Positions 1 through 12,660 of a stretch of DNA of 64,000 nucleotides are shown in pieces. Position numbers and translations under genes: made by a program. The notes below the pieces were generated by a model. It saw only the letters and a program-made list of their open reading frames with translations. It did no database searches and had not been told where the DNA came from. The DNA is from Callorhinchus milii (lineage: Eukaryota). The stretch lies in assembly GCF_018977255.1 (NCBI RefSeq), contig NW_024704742.1:96164001-96228000 (forward strand), given 5' to 3'. How positions within the stretch are numbered: the first letter of the stretch is position 1; each line of letters starts with the position of its first letter.

Positions 1-934
1 GGCAGAGGAATTGAGGAAGAGTGTTCCAGAGTTTTGGGAGCAGTGGCTGAAAGCGCACCTCCGATGGTGGGGCGGTGGGTGCGAGGGATGAGCAGGAGAC
101 TGGTGTCAGTCGAGCTGAGGCGCCGGGAGGTGGATTGGGGAGTGAGGAGGTCGGAGAGGTAGGGAGGTGCCAGAGAGTGAATGGATTTGAACACGAGTGT
201 AAGGATCTTGAAGTTGATCCGTTCAGTGATGGGGAGCCAGTGGAGGCTGGCCAGAACTGGTGTGAGATGTGAGATATGGAATTTGGTCCAGGTAAGTATT
301 CAGTCGGCAGAGTTTTGAATGAACTGGAACTTTTAAATGGTGGAGTTGGGGAGACTGGCAAAGAGTGCCTTTGAGTAATCCATGGAGGAGGTAACAAACG
401 CATGTACAAGGGTTTTGGCTGCATTTGCGGTAAGGTACGGTCGGATGCGGGCAATGTGGCAGAGGTGGAAGAAGGCGGTCCTGGTCAGGGACAGAATGTG
501 TGGAAGGAAGGACAGCTGGGAGTCGAACCGGACCCCTAGATTGTGCACTGGTTTGGTGAGACTGAGGGAGAGCCCAGGGAGGTTGTGGAGTTTAGATCCA
601 TAGGAGTGAAGGCGTTCACGGAAGCCAAGGAGTATGGCTTCCGTCTTGTCCATATTCAGCTGCAGGATGCTTACACTCATCGAGGCCTTGATGTCTGCCA
701 GATAAGCTGATATAACATTGGTGGACCTGGAGTTGGTACTGGAGGAAGCAAAGTAGATTTGTGTGTCATCCGTATATGTGTGGAAGTTTACCCCGTGTCT
801 GCGAATGACATCTCCTAGAGGGAGCTTATCGATAAGGAAAAGTAGAGTGCCAAGGATGGAGCCCCGGGATACCCCGCAGGTGACTGTGCAGGAGTGGGAG
901 GAGAAACTATTTGCTGAGATGAAACGGAGGTGGT
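1..934 (-). mobile_element. L2-clade LINE fragment (RT C-terminal region, decayed), runs off the window start
   Basis: ORF 333-680(-) LQLNMDKTEAILLG..VHNLGVRFDSQLSFLPHI..AKTLVHAFVTSSMDY is typical of the L2 ORF2 C-terminus. The adjacent minus strand encodes GVSRGSILGTLLF and HIYTDDT (YADD-like). Confidence 0.9.
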
Positions 935-2789
935 ATCACCAACAGAGATAAGACCTTGTGAATAGAATGAAGGTAAATTTTTCTATGGGAAGAACATTAC
1001 CTCTCTTTGCCGTCTCTGGAGCTCAGACCACATTGTCATCATTTCTTTAGAAAAATAAATAATGTGCTGGTCCATTAATACACGCAGATGGAGGAGACAA
1101 TTTCAGGTGAGCGTATCCTGCTGCTACGTCTTGGGGTAGTTGGCTTATGACTGAGCCTCTCTTTCGCATTCCCAATGTGCGACTTGAACCTAGTGCCCAT
1201 TCTCGCTCTGTGAGGTTATTGTGCACAGGTGCGTACGGTTGATGCAAAAATATGCCCAAATTGGGGGCAGCTCTTGGCTGCCTTCATATAATTTCAAGCC
1301 ATGCATTTTGGTACTGAGACAAGATTCATTCATTCAAGAATTAAAGGTAAAAACATTAACAATTAACATCAATGTGTCTACCATGCAAATACTTTATGTT
1401 ATTGCCACCCACTAAATAACAATCAATGGCAGACGTTTTAGTTTTTATCAAAAGAGAACACATTGTATCCTTTTTTATTTCCACCTATGGTTTTTTTCTC
1501 AACCATATGGCTCGAAACCCACTGAGATGAATGTTTCCCTCTAATGTAGTCATTTATTAATTGAGCCAGAAGGTTCCCCCACTCATTTAGCTTTTGCTTT
1601 GAATAGATTCCAAAAACAATCATTTTAATACCTTGCTGGCCAGTGGGTTTCAGCAGCTGACAGAGCAAAAGCGTATGGAGCAGTGAGTGTTTGTGCAGGT
1701 GGTGGCTTTAACCTTCACTATGCCCTGAATGGGTAAATTCTATTCCGACTGCGGTTCTGCTTATAATTACAGTTTCCTTTTTATGTTTCATTTATCCTCT
1801 GAGATCAGACGTATTTCTAAACACAACCATCCAGAGAGGCAGCGGCAATAAAAGAAGTTTTATGCTGTGCTTTATATCACGAGATTCTACCATAATAACT
1901 TTTGAAACCTCAGTATTTTAAATGCATACTTTTAGATATATTATGTAACACAAAACAAGCTGTCATCCTCAATTCTTCAGACTATAAGAGCAATAATGCT
2001 AAGAGCATGTGTTATAAATTTCATACCATTTCAGTGAAATTTAAACCAGGCTGCCATCAATTACTGATTCACTTTCTGAACACATGTAAAATAAACAGAA
2101 TCTGTTTGTTTTTCACCTTCAATTTTCTTCCCTCCTGAAGGTAGTGACTCATGCTAGGGTACGGTTCCATTGCTAACAGTAGCCCTGTTAGCTCTGTACC
2201 TAAATGGCTTTTCTTGAGATTTGTCCTTACACAGGGAGTGTTGGCAGGCTATTTAACCCACCAATTGGGAGGGGAGAAGGAATTGGGGGAAAACGTTATA
2301 TCTGAGTCTGTTCCTTCTTTAACCCCATATGCATGCCTTCCAGCAGGGTTCAGTGAATAGCAATGAAAACAGGACCCCTGGCTTATATCCTCCCATGATT
2401 CCAATTGAAGTGTCTCCAACATTGCCTTGGTTGAGATAAGTTAACTTGGACCAGGCCAGACCAGGAATTGAACTTGAGACCTCAAGCCTCCCCCATGTGT
2501 GTGACACAGCATCACACAAAGTGTCACCTTTATCTACTAAGCCATTGGAGGAATTCCTAAGCAAACAGCATTTGAAGCTTGAGAACATCCATGTGTGTTT
2601 GGCACAGTTTTGTCAGTGACCCGTAATGTAAAGGCACCCTGAGGAACCATGGAATTCACAGCTTCTCAGATGAATTCGCTGAGCTCCATATATTTCAATA
2701 GCACACCAAATAGTTTCAAAGTTGCTCTACAACCAACTGGAAGGTCTTAAAAAGAATTCTGTATTTTTTGTCCATTTGCTCTCCACACC

Positions 2790-3170
2790 TAGATATTTTT
2801 AACTCTATTTTCTTTTTTTTACCTCAACATGGCATCAAAGTAGCCTTCTAATATTTACCCACACAGCCGTTCCTCATGTGTGAGCCTTGACAGTGAGTCT
2901 TAGCAGTCGATTTGACTATCGGGGACATTGTGGTTGTGCCCAATCCTCCTGACCTCACCACAAAGCCCACCTTCCAGCAAGAGTATTTGGATAGGGATCA
3001 TTAGTGGAAACCTCGGCCAATTTTCACCTCTCTAACCCACGGGAGCTGAGACCAAATGCTATCCCACCGTACATGATTAGATAAATCAGCACGGTGAGGA
3101 TTCGAACCTATAACTTTCTAAGCCTTTACAATATGATCTAATGCTGTACAGGGCAATGCATCTACCCCAT
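2790..3170 (-). mobile_element. Ancient tRNA-derived SINE (family C, unnamed here)
   Basis: Perfect B box GGTTCGAATCC on the minus strand (3098-3108). The body is similar to the plus-strand copy at 39480-39870 and to fragments near 2400-2520, 8960-9110 and 16030-16200. Confidence 0.55.
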
Positions 3171-4214
3171 AATCCATCAAAGGAAGCTGAGGTTATGTTT
3201 CTCATTCTATGTGAATTATGGTATATTAGAAAGAAACCACAGATAGGCATCTTGCATGTACAGGGTTTGTAAACACTCCCAGGTCTGGTCAACTATAATA
3301 TGGGTCACTGTTATGTTCTCCATTGCTAGTTCTCTTCCTGTTACCACCTCCCCCTCTGCCCCTCCCCACCCTGTTTGCCCGTTGAATGAAGTTGTAGGTT
3401 ACAATTGGACAGGATTATTTTTAAGATGAAGGAAAGGATGATTTTATTGCAAGTATTTTATTCTTCCTCTTGCAAAGTAAATAGATTCAATACAATGGCA
3501 TAAGGGCATGCTCTGAATATCTTTTATGCTTTTCTACCTATTGGCTGATATTTCTCATAGTCCCAGCAGATATATCTGTGGAAAATCAAGCTCTACGTTA
3601 TTTCTGAGCTATATCCAGGCACTGTTTTATTTTCTTACCCAAATTCACACTTCAAATCCATTTGCCCCACATCCCTGAGGCAATAATATGCAGGTGTAGC
3701 TTGGAAACACCATAGGGAAGCCTTTTCCATGGGAATGCACAACACATATTTTACATTAGGTATTTTTTTCTTTACTTTCCTGACCTTCTTCTCCTGGGAG
3801 TCACTTTGCAGTGCACTCACACAGGAAATTGCCCCTCAGAATAGGATAGAATGTCACAATTCCTCCATATTATAGTGAGAAAAACATTTCTCTTGTCAAC
3901 ATGTTTTTAAAAAGCTGCCTTCCCCATTCTATCCACTACACCATGTTATTTTCATGTTCAGCAGCCTCAGGTATGAGCTTTTCTGAGCTTAGAATAGGGA
4001 ATTAGGTGACAAAGTGATTTTGTTCGGAGCACTCATGTTCACTGTCGACTCCTCTGACATTGCCTGAACAATATTCCCAGTCGTCAGAGGAGGAAGACCA
4101 TTATCTTTGATTTAAGCTCAGTTCTTTGGAGGTTAAAAGCAGAGACTGAGACTACTGAAATAGATAGGAATGGTATTTCATTTCCACTCCAAAAAGTTAT
4201 AGGTGATGTGACAA

Positions 4215-4400
4215 GACTGAGTGATGCAGTGGGTTTGTACATTGCCCTTTCACCTGAGGGACTTGAGTTTGAATCCAGCCGCGATAGATGGTCTGTATGT
4301 CTCCCTTGTGCTTGCTGCATTAGTCCAACATAAAATGAGTTTGAGCAATCTGCACCCATATTCTATTGGATTATGACCCCAAATTATACATTACTTTGAC
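4215..4400 (+). mobile_element. LF-SINE-like ancient SINE, 5' part
   Basis: CTTTCACCTGAGGGACTTGAGTTTGAATCCAGCC and ATAAAATGAGTT resemble the LF-SINE consensus as I recall it. Paralogs lie at 12330-12660 and 40262-40646. Confidence 0.5.
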
Positions 4401-5916
4401 ACAAAATTCTGTCTCAGTTAGAAAGAAGAAGAAACAACTTGCATTTTTATCATTTCGAAACATCTCAAAAAGAATTAAAGTAATTACTGTGTAGTGACTA
4501 GTGTAGATAGATGGGACAGTCATTTTACACACAGGATTCACGCTCAAATAGCTATTAGGCGAATGACCGATTAGTTGGAATATTGTTGTCTAGAACAACA
4601 GGAGAAACTCCAGGGAAATTGTTCATTCACCTCATGACTCTTTGTGGAAGCTTGCAAAATAACTGCTATGTTTTCTCAGAAAAACAGTAGTTAACTTTGA
4701 AGAGCTTTGAGGTGTTTCAAAGGAAATCCGTGAGTTAAAACTATGACCATTGACTTGCAAATCACCATCCTGGTCCACAACAGGAAACTGATGATATAAA
4801 GTCAGTTTCCTGGCTCTTCTCTAACTATAAGGGACGGCAGAGTTGGAGGCTTGGGGCACATTGAGCAAAAGTAAATGCTCCATAGCGAAGGTAGACAAAT
4901 TTAAAGTAACAGCAGCAATTTTGTGGCCTTCAAAGCATTTGTTGCACTAACTAACATAAGCAATACCTAAAGTAGTACCACAANTTTTTTGGCCCTGTGC
5001 TTCATTCCCCTGTGATGACCTGCGTGACAAATATTCACAAACAAATCTAAATTGAAGTCTCCGTGATGAAAATTGAGCATTTTGCCTTTGGTATAAAGAT
5101 GAGTCGTCTGAACTCGGTTGGGAGGATGTAGGTTCTCTCTGGTGCAATTGAATTAGCCCAAGCCAATTGAAAATGAGGACCAGGCTACATCTTTTCAACC
5201 TTCTCATTTCCACAGCTAAATATCCATTACAAGATAAGAGCTGCCTCCTCCACTGGCTGCTGCAGGGATTGACGTTCAGCAATTGACTGGATGATCAAGC
5301 TTACTGATCACTGCTTGGGCTTCGTCTGTCAGACACTGTCAACTCCCAGACTGATGCTCCAGACTTGCACAGTTGTTCACTCCGCAGGTTTGTGACAAAT
5401 CCCTTATGGCAGCTTCACTCTGCTCTAAAGGACATTGCATGTTTTTTTCCTTCCTTTCCACTTTTATTGTTATCTACATTTCCAGCAGTCAGTGCTGCTT
5501 GACTGCCAAACCCCAGTGGCTTGACCAGGGCGTTTACATTAAATCTGTAATTATTTTATTTTTAAAACTCCCCAGCCCCCAAGTTGACAAACAGACAGAG
5601 ACTTTCACAATTTTCCACAGATGTGAAACACATTTTGTATGAGTGATAGACTTGCAGCTTTCTGCAGGTGAAGTGTCAGCAATCTAAGGGATGCATTAAT
5701 TTCCTCCAATTCCCCTCTCCACCCATCCTCCCTATCCAGGCAGATGTGAATATTCAAACATTACAACAAGATTGTGCTAAATGGACTTTTCCACAGCTAA
5801 TTTACAACACACGCGCCCAATGGGGCTTGTCCAGTAAAATCCTGGAAATACTTTGACAATCTGGCTGCTGTGTCTCACCAGCTGTACATAAAGGACCAGC
5901 GTATGATCAGTTAGTG

Positions 5917-6120
5917 CAGTGGTGGCCAACCTGTGGCCCACAGGGCCATCAAGAAACAGCCCCTGAACATTCACAGAAGTCTAGGTTAGTTCATGTTCAA
6001 TCAGTAGTATGTTTTCAGTTTATTCTTAATTAAATATTTCTTGATTTATGCCATAAATCAAGAAACATTCAATCAAGAACATTTATTTTGTTGGCTGACC
6101 ATAAAGTTTGCCCACCACTC
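5917..6120. mobile_element. 204-bp non-autonomous hAT-type MITE
   Basis: Imperfect TIRs: CAGTGGTGGCCAACCT on the left, and the right end reads GAGTGGTGGGCAAACT as reverse complement. The 8-bp TSD is AGTTAGTG (5909-5916) / AGTTAGTA (6121-6128). Confidence 0.8.
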
Positions 6121-7160
6121 AGTTAGTACAATCCAAATCACTGCAGCGACTCAATTAAAATAGTGGACACTAAAGCAATGAAAGCTATATCACTGTGGAA
6201 AATGAATAACTGGCTTCCCTTCCTCTCATGTGATCGAACGCATGATCGTAATAGATCCGTAGTCCTAAAACACATTAATAGATTGCCAAGAAATGTTAAT
6301 GCAGAGATCAGGAATTCTTATAAATAAATGACCAATTTATAATATTTATGCCTCAGCCTATTTTACCGCTCATGTGTTGTAAGTGAATTCAAGTATGAAC
6401 TATATTAAACAAAATATGATCTATTGCAATACATTCACTGTGTTTGATCAACGACTGATGCCTGCTGGGCTGGAAATATTAAGTGAGTGAAACAATTAAA
6501 GCAAGAGTAATTGGTGACCTATTTTACATTTAGAGCGGGAATATCCATATAAAGCCATTGTTGGAAATAAATATTATGCACCAGTTGTAATGATTTGGCA
6601 CTTGGGACTTGGGAAAATCTTTTTTGGTGAGGTGGAGGGATGTTATGCTGCAAATGGAACATTGACAGTATCAATCCAAATCGATCCCAAAATATAGCAT
6701 TGACAAGACGTAGAGTTTCTTTACGGTCAGCAACACATTTTTATGGTCTGACAACATGGAAACGTATCGCCATGCTTAAAAGAATCCAAACCAGACTGAG
6801 ACTTCCATTTATGAATGCCACCTATGCTTTCAAATTTCATTCTGTCTGAAATTGAGCCTACACTCTCTCCCCAGAGGGACGCACCCTGCTTATTTTAGGT
6901 ACAGGTTGGCAAAAACCAAGCTAAAACCACATATCTAGCCATCGCTGTGCACAGTAAGATCACTCTATAGTGTCTACAAAATACATCTCAATCTCAGGCT
7001 GGGAGGAACACACCTTCTTGCACACTAAAATATATCTTATTCCCCTTTTTTCTCATCTCCTCATCTGAAGATCATTCCTAATTTAGACAAAGCATTAGTT
7101 GAATGAAAAATAAAGCTTACTGCTGTAGGTACTTTACAACAAAATGTTCCTTAATCCCCA

Positions 7161-7475
7161 GGAGTCCTGTAGCTCAGTGGTTAGAGCACTCACTTTGCAA
7201 GCGAGAGACCTGAGTTCAATTCCAGGCAGGGCGAAACCTTGGGCAAGTTTCCTTACTCCACACGCCTAATAATAATCCCTCCAAAAACCAAAAACAATAA
7301 TAAATTGGTCATTTTTAATCTACGACTGTTTGTGGGACATTGCTGTGCGCAATTGGCTGCCGCGTTCGCCCACAAATATACAGTCAGTTCACTTTTCCGT
7401 GTGTTCTGTGAAGCGCTTTGGGACGTCCTCCCGACATGAAAAGCGCTATATCAAATGTAAGGATTATTACTATTA
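7161..7475 (+). mobile_element. Young tRNA-Ala(TGC)-like SINE, short subfamily, with Deu-like domain and L2-type tail
   Basis: A box TAGCTCAGTGG, B box GTTCAATTCC, Deu-like CTGTTTGTGGGACATTGCTGTGCGCAATTGGCTGCCGCG, 3' stem-loop and (TTA)n tail. Near-identical to the copies at 20996, 47271 and 55628. Confidence 0.92.
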
Positions 7476-7489
7476 ACCTGGGAGCAACA

Positions 7490-7797
7490 AACCATCCACT
7501 GTAATTTGTGCACAGCCACATCTCCACAAACAGACTTTTGTTTGTTTTTGCGAGTGACAAGTTTTACCTGGGAGATTGTTGGCCAGGACATTGGAAAAGA
7601 GAAAATCTTTAACATCTGCCTGAACAGGGCATAAACAGAAGCCTGGTTTTACGTCTCACCTGAAGGACAGCGTATCCGACGATACAGTGCTCTCTCCCAC
7701 CAGCACTGACCTGGAGCGTCAGTCTGGACTGTGAGCTCAGAGTCCCCAATGTGGGAGGGGCTCAAACCTACAACCTCCTGATTTGGAGGCGAGAGTC
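7490..7797 (-). mobile_element. Older Deu-domain SINE (SacSINE1-like)
   Basis: Reverse complement of the family seen at 24240-24653 and 25515-25957. Its 5' head is interrupted by a CR1 fragment. Confidence 0.7.
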
Positions 7798-7799
7798 CG

Positions 7800-8399
7800 A
7801 GCTGCAACTGTATAGGGCCGTGATGAGACCACACCTGGAATACTGTGTCCAGTTTTGGTCTCCTCATTTAAGGAAGGATGTACTTGCCTTGGAGGGGGTG
7901 CAGAGTAGATTTACTAGGTTAGTACCAGGGATGAAGGGGATGAGTTATGAGGATAGGCTGACCAATTTAGGCCTATATTCTCTAGAATATAGAAGAATTA
8001 GAGGGGATCTTATAGAAACCTATAAGATCATCAAAGGGCATGATAGAGTAGATAGTGGGAGATTGCTTCCCCTGGTTGGAGAAACTAAAACCAGGGGTCA
8101 CAACCTTAAAATCAGAGACCAGCCCTTTCACACTGAGTTGAGGAAGAACTTCTTCACTCAAAGGGTGGTGAATGTATGGAACTCACTACCCCAAAGGGCT
8201 GTTGATGCTTAGTCCTTGAACATATTCAAGACTGAGATAGATAGATTTCTTATTACAAAATAGATTAAGGGATATGGGGATAAGGCAGGGTCAGGTTATT
8301 AGCTGGAGTTAGATTAGAAGATCAGCCATGATTGAATGGCGGGGCAGGCTCGAAGGGCCGAATGGCCTACTCCTACATGTTATGTTATGTTTTGTTATG
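7800..8399 (+). mobile_element. 5'-truncated CR1 LINE (ORF2 C-terminus and 3' UTR)
   Basis: [46 protein letters not shown]. The 3' UTR carries GAAGGGCCGAATGGCCTACTCCT and a (TTATG)n tail. Confidence 0.95.
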
Positions 8400-8496
8400 A
8401 CACTATTCATCTATTGTAATTCGAGGTGTGTTTATACAGGAATGTCAAAAGACACTGATATGGAAATACAGTCGCCTGTATTGTGCCTGTAACTGA

Positions 8497-8928
8497 CAAC
8501 AACAACAACAACTTGCATTTATATAGCACCCTTCACTCAGGGTAGCATCCTAGAGTGCTTGACAGTGGTGGAGTCTGACACGAGCCAGGTGGAGAGGGAA
8601 GGGGGAGGTAACTGTAAGCACAATCAAAACGTCTTTCGGCGGGATTTGAAAATGGGGAGGGAGGGGGCAAGGCGGAGGGATTCAGCCACTACGCTATGAA
8701 ACTCTGGAACTCTCTCTCTCAATTCCTCCTAGTCAGGGAATGGAAATGGGGTAGAAAGAAAAGCTGGGGATTGAACCTGAGGCCTAAGTTGCGCATGGGT
8801 TCGGAGAGTCTGAGGGGAACCCGGTGTGGTTGAGGAGTCAGACCTGCAGGAGACAAGACATTGACGGGAGCCAAGGATTATGGCTTCTGTCTCGCCAGCA
8901 TTCAGCTGCAGGAAATTTACGCTCATTC
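8497..8928 (-). mobile_element. Rearranged L2 fragment with internal micro-inversion
   Basis: (CAA)n tail at 8497. Segment 8681-8730 is in the opposite orientation. ORF 8729-8926(-) reads NFLQLNAGETEAIILGS. Confidence 0.75.
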
Positions 8929-9259
8929 AGTCCTGATCCAATATATGCACATTTACACTTTTCACTGGTTAGCAATAGAAGCAGAAATCCAGTCTGATGT
9001 TTCACCTCTTTAGCTTGACGTCTCAAGCCTGTCATAGCGCCTTATCAATAACACTTGCTAAAATCAGATAAATAGCACAGGCCAGAGATTGAACCAAGAT
9101 TTTTTTCATTTGGAACATCTGTAAATCTTATTAACTTGCCAGAACTTGGAATATCTCTTCTCTTGACTACCCAGGTCTTGACTGCTGCCAGAGAATAGGG
9201 ACATATTTCTTCTTTCCCACACCTTGTAGCTAAGTTACTTGAGCTCCCAACTTTAAATC

Positions 9260-9369
9260 AGAGGAGCAAAGGCAGGTAATTGGAGTTGAGGCACAGATCA
9301 ACAATGATCTACTAGAATGGCGGAACCGGCTCGAGGCACTGAATGGCCCACTCTTGTTTCTATGATTCT
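9260..9369 (+). mobile_element. CR1-type 3' end fragment
   Basis: GGCAGGTAATTGGAGTTGAGG..GAATGGCGG..GAATGGCCCACTC..TTCTATGATTCT matches the CR1 3' UTRs elsewhere in the window. Confidence 0.7.
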
Positions 9370-9778
9370 AAAACAAAATGCTCTGGGGTGTGGGAGATAT
9401 TTGGAGTCTGAACTAGTTCTGAGGAGGTACCCCTGGTAAAGCCTGCAGTAAATTGATGGTGAACCAATCTGTCTGTCACATCATTAAACCTTGGAGCTAC
9501 AGCCATCTCCTTATCCCTTTGAACAAAACCCCCATTGGGTAGGGTGGTTCCAGCTGGACAAGTATACTGCTGTGCAGTTACCTTAATAAAATGTCTTTGT
9601 TTCCCCGTTGGACTTTCAGGAAACTTGGATGTCCACCTTCCCCTCACCCACTATTCCATCATGGAACTCAGGCAGTCCTAGAATAATCCACCTCAATCGC
9701 TAACTCAACAACAACAACTTGGATTTATATAGCGCCCTCCACACCAGGCGGCATCTCAGAGTACTTAAACTCCATTAT

Positions 9779-11332
9779 ACAACAACAACATGATTGCATT
9801 TATAGAGCGCCTTTCAGGTCAGGAGGACGTCCCAAGGCGCTGGACAGTTGGGTCGGGACCCGAGCAGGGGGGAAATGGTGAGGGGAGCGAAGGGAGGGAG
9901 CGAGGAGGGGATAGAGAGTTGAGAGGGGAGCTGAAGGCACAGTTGAAGAGAAAGGTCTTGAGACCGGCCTTGAAGGAGGAAAGGGAGGAGGCAAGGCGAA
10001 GGCACTGGGGGATGGAGTTCCAGAGCCCAGGGGCTGAGAGGCTGAAAGCCCGGCCACTGATGGTAGGGCGGTTGGGGCGGGGGATTTAGAGCAGACCGGA
10101 GACAGAGGGTACAGGCAGGTAAGTAGGGGGATAGTAGGTCGGAGAGGTAGGAGGGCGCAAGGCAGTGAATGGCTTGTAGGTGAGGATGAGGATCTTGAAT
10201 TCAATCCTCTGTGAGATGGGGAGCCAGTGGAGGCGAGCGAGGGTGGGAGTGATGTGGTCGCGAAGCCTGGTGCGGGACAGTACACGAGCTGTAGATTTCT
10301 GAATGACCTGCAGCTTGTGGAGGGAAGTGCCAGGAAGGCCGGCGAAGAGAGAATTCCCGTATTCCAGCCTTGAGGTGATAAAGGAGTGGACCAGTGTTTC
10401 CGCAGCATGAGGAGCGCCTTTGGACGTCCTCCCGACTGAAAGGCGCTCTATAAATGGAATCTTCTTGTTGTTGTTGTTGAGTGAGGTAGTGCCGTAGTCT
10501 GGTGATGTTCCGGAGATGGTGGAAGGTGGTGCCAGTTGTGGCGCGGATGTGGGGAAGAAAGGACAGCTCAGGGTCGAACAGAACACCGAGGTTCCTGACT
10601 GGCTTTGAGAGGTGGAGAGTGCAGCCTTGGATGCTGATGCTGTCAGTGCCTGAGGTGTGGAAGCACTATCGCGAGCCATTCAGGAGGGCTTCAGTTTCGC
10701 GCATGTTGAGCTGAAGAAAATTGTCTCTCGTCCAGGACTCGATGTCAGACAGGCAGGCTGTCAGGGTGGTTGTGGAGTTGAGGGTAGAAAAGGAAAGGTA
10801 GAGTTGGGTGTCATCCGCATACATGTGGAAGTTAACCCCATGTCTGCGGATGATGCCACCAAGGGGGAGCACATAAAGGGTGAAGAGGAGAGGACCGAGG
10901 ACAGAGCCCTGTGGGACACCGCACGAGACAGTGCGGGGGCTGGAGGAAAAGCCGTTTGCAGAGACAAAATGAAGACAGTGGGAGAGGTAGGACCTAAACC
11001 ACTCAAGGACAGGGCCTTGAAGGTTGAGGTGGGAGGACAAGCGGTGGAGGATAGAGTGGTCGACCTTATCGAATGCGGCCGATAGGTCGAGGAGGACGAG
11101 GAGGCAGAGGGAGCCCTGGTCGCAGATGGTCAAGATGTCATTAGTAACCTTGACCAGGGCAGTTTCCGTGCTATGGGCAGCACGGAAACCCGACTGGGGG
11201 TGTTCAAACAGTGAGTGGGTGGAGAGGAAAGAGCGCAGCTGAGAGGCGACGACTCTTTCGAGAACCTTGGACAGGAAGGGGAGGTTGGAGATGGGCCGGT
11301 AGCTTGATAGCTGCGACGCATCAAGGGAGTTG
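9779..11332 (-). mobile_element. 5'-truncated L2 LINE (RT domain to 3' tail)
   Basis: ORF 10666-11394(-) [62 protein letters not shown]. Ends in a 3' stem-loop and (TTG)n tail at 9779. Confidence 0.95.
10415..10478 (+). mobile_element. 64-bp L2 3' tail inserted antisense inside an L2
   Basis: CGCCTTTGGACGTCCTCCCGACTGAAAGGCGCTCTATAAAT..(TTG)n flanked by GAG/GAG. It interrupts the HYLTPHAAETL coding sequence. Confidence 0.85.
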
Positions 11333-12329
11333 AAGATACCAGCACAGAGGAGTGTGTTGCACAATGGTGCTGCACAAGTACACAGACAACTCAACTCAGG
11401 AAGTTATGCATTTGCCCATGGATGCTGCCTTTCTCTTAACGGGACAGTTGTGTCTAAATTTGAATCCTAATGATCTGTATTGAAGAACAATTATAATTAT
11501 TTCAAATCATCTGAATTGCGGTTCTCTATGGATCTCATTGGATTTCATACTAGGCTAAGCTCTTATTCCATCAATGAAACAGCATCCAAGTGAATGATAT
11601 ATCTTAAATGATACAAATCAGTACCTTGATTAATCTCCCTGTGTGTAACATAGCCAGGCATTCAATGAATAAACATGTCATTGATCCAGCAGTATAGAAG
11701 TCACTCAACCGTATGAGTCACATATACTGTTAGACCTTTCTGAATATTCACTGAAGTACGTAAGGAGACGGGCTGCATGTGTGGGAGGCAACTACATTTC
11801 CTATCAAGGAAATAAATGAAAGGGTGTGTTGAAATATACAAGAAAAATACTACTACAAACAGATGTCTCCATGTGTTGTAAAGCAGACTTTGACATTAAA
11901 AAGTTATTTCACAAGTAAATATTTTAAGAGACATAATAAACAGACTACTTAGGCTGTTTAAATGATTTGACGTTGATCAGAATAATAATATATGAAAGAG
12001 CAAAACAATGTGCTTTGGATGAGACTTTAAAGTGAGGTTACATCTGGCTGATCAGATGGACATTAAAGATCTCATAGAACTGGTCGCAAACAGAAATTAA
12101 ATTGGTCACTTACTCCATGTCTGTTTGCGGGACATTGTTGTGCACAAATTGGCTGCTGCATTTGGCTACAAGTTATACAGTCACTACACCTTACAGTATA
12201 TCCTGTGAATATCCTTATGATATGTTCTCCCAATGTGAAGGGCACTATATCAAATGTAAAGATTAGTATTATTTCCTGATATAACATTTCAAAAGTCTAT
12301 AAGTCAAACAAAATAGCTTTTTCCATTCA

Positions 12330-12660
12330 ATCTGATGGCACAGTGGGTTAAAACACTGGTCTTTTTTCTTTGGGAGCTGAGTACAAATCTAGTCAGACTG
12401 ATAGGGATAAAGTCTTCTTATTCTGTCATCTGTAAAAGTATCTTAACTAAAATGAATGTGGCCATTCTCAACTCATTTAAAATTGTGTGCAGGTCACAGA
12501 GCAAAAGTCCCCATAGTTCAGCACAAATTGTTACTAAATTGCCACTTATGCAGAAAGCAAAAGATTGTGGGAAATGGGCACATATTTACACCCAGCAGCA
12601 CAGAAGTTCTCCTGGGGTTGGGCAAGAGTAGAGAGAACTTTGCTCTGCTGTGCTGCATCT
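12330..12660 (+). mobile_element. LF-SINE-like ancient SINE
   Basis: tRNA-like head GATGGCACAGTGGGTTAA, colinear with the copies at 4215 and 40262, and a 3' GTAGAGAGAACTTTGCTCTG motif. Confidence 0.45.

Noticed and set aside
10482..10500. let-7-like TGAGGTAGT
   Set aside because: Only 9 nt match, it lies within L2 coding sequence, and there is no precursor hairpin.
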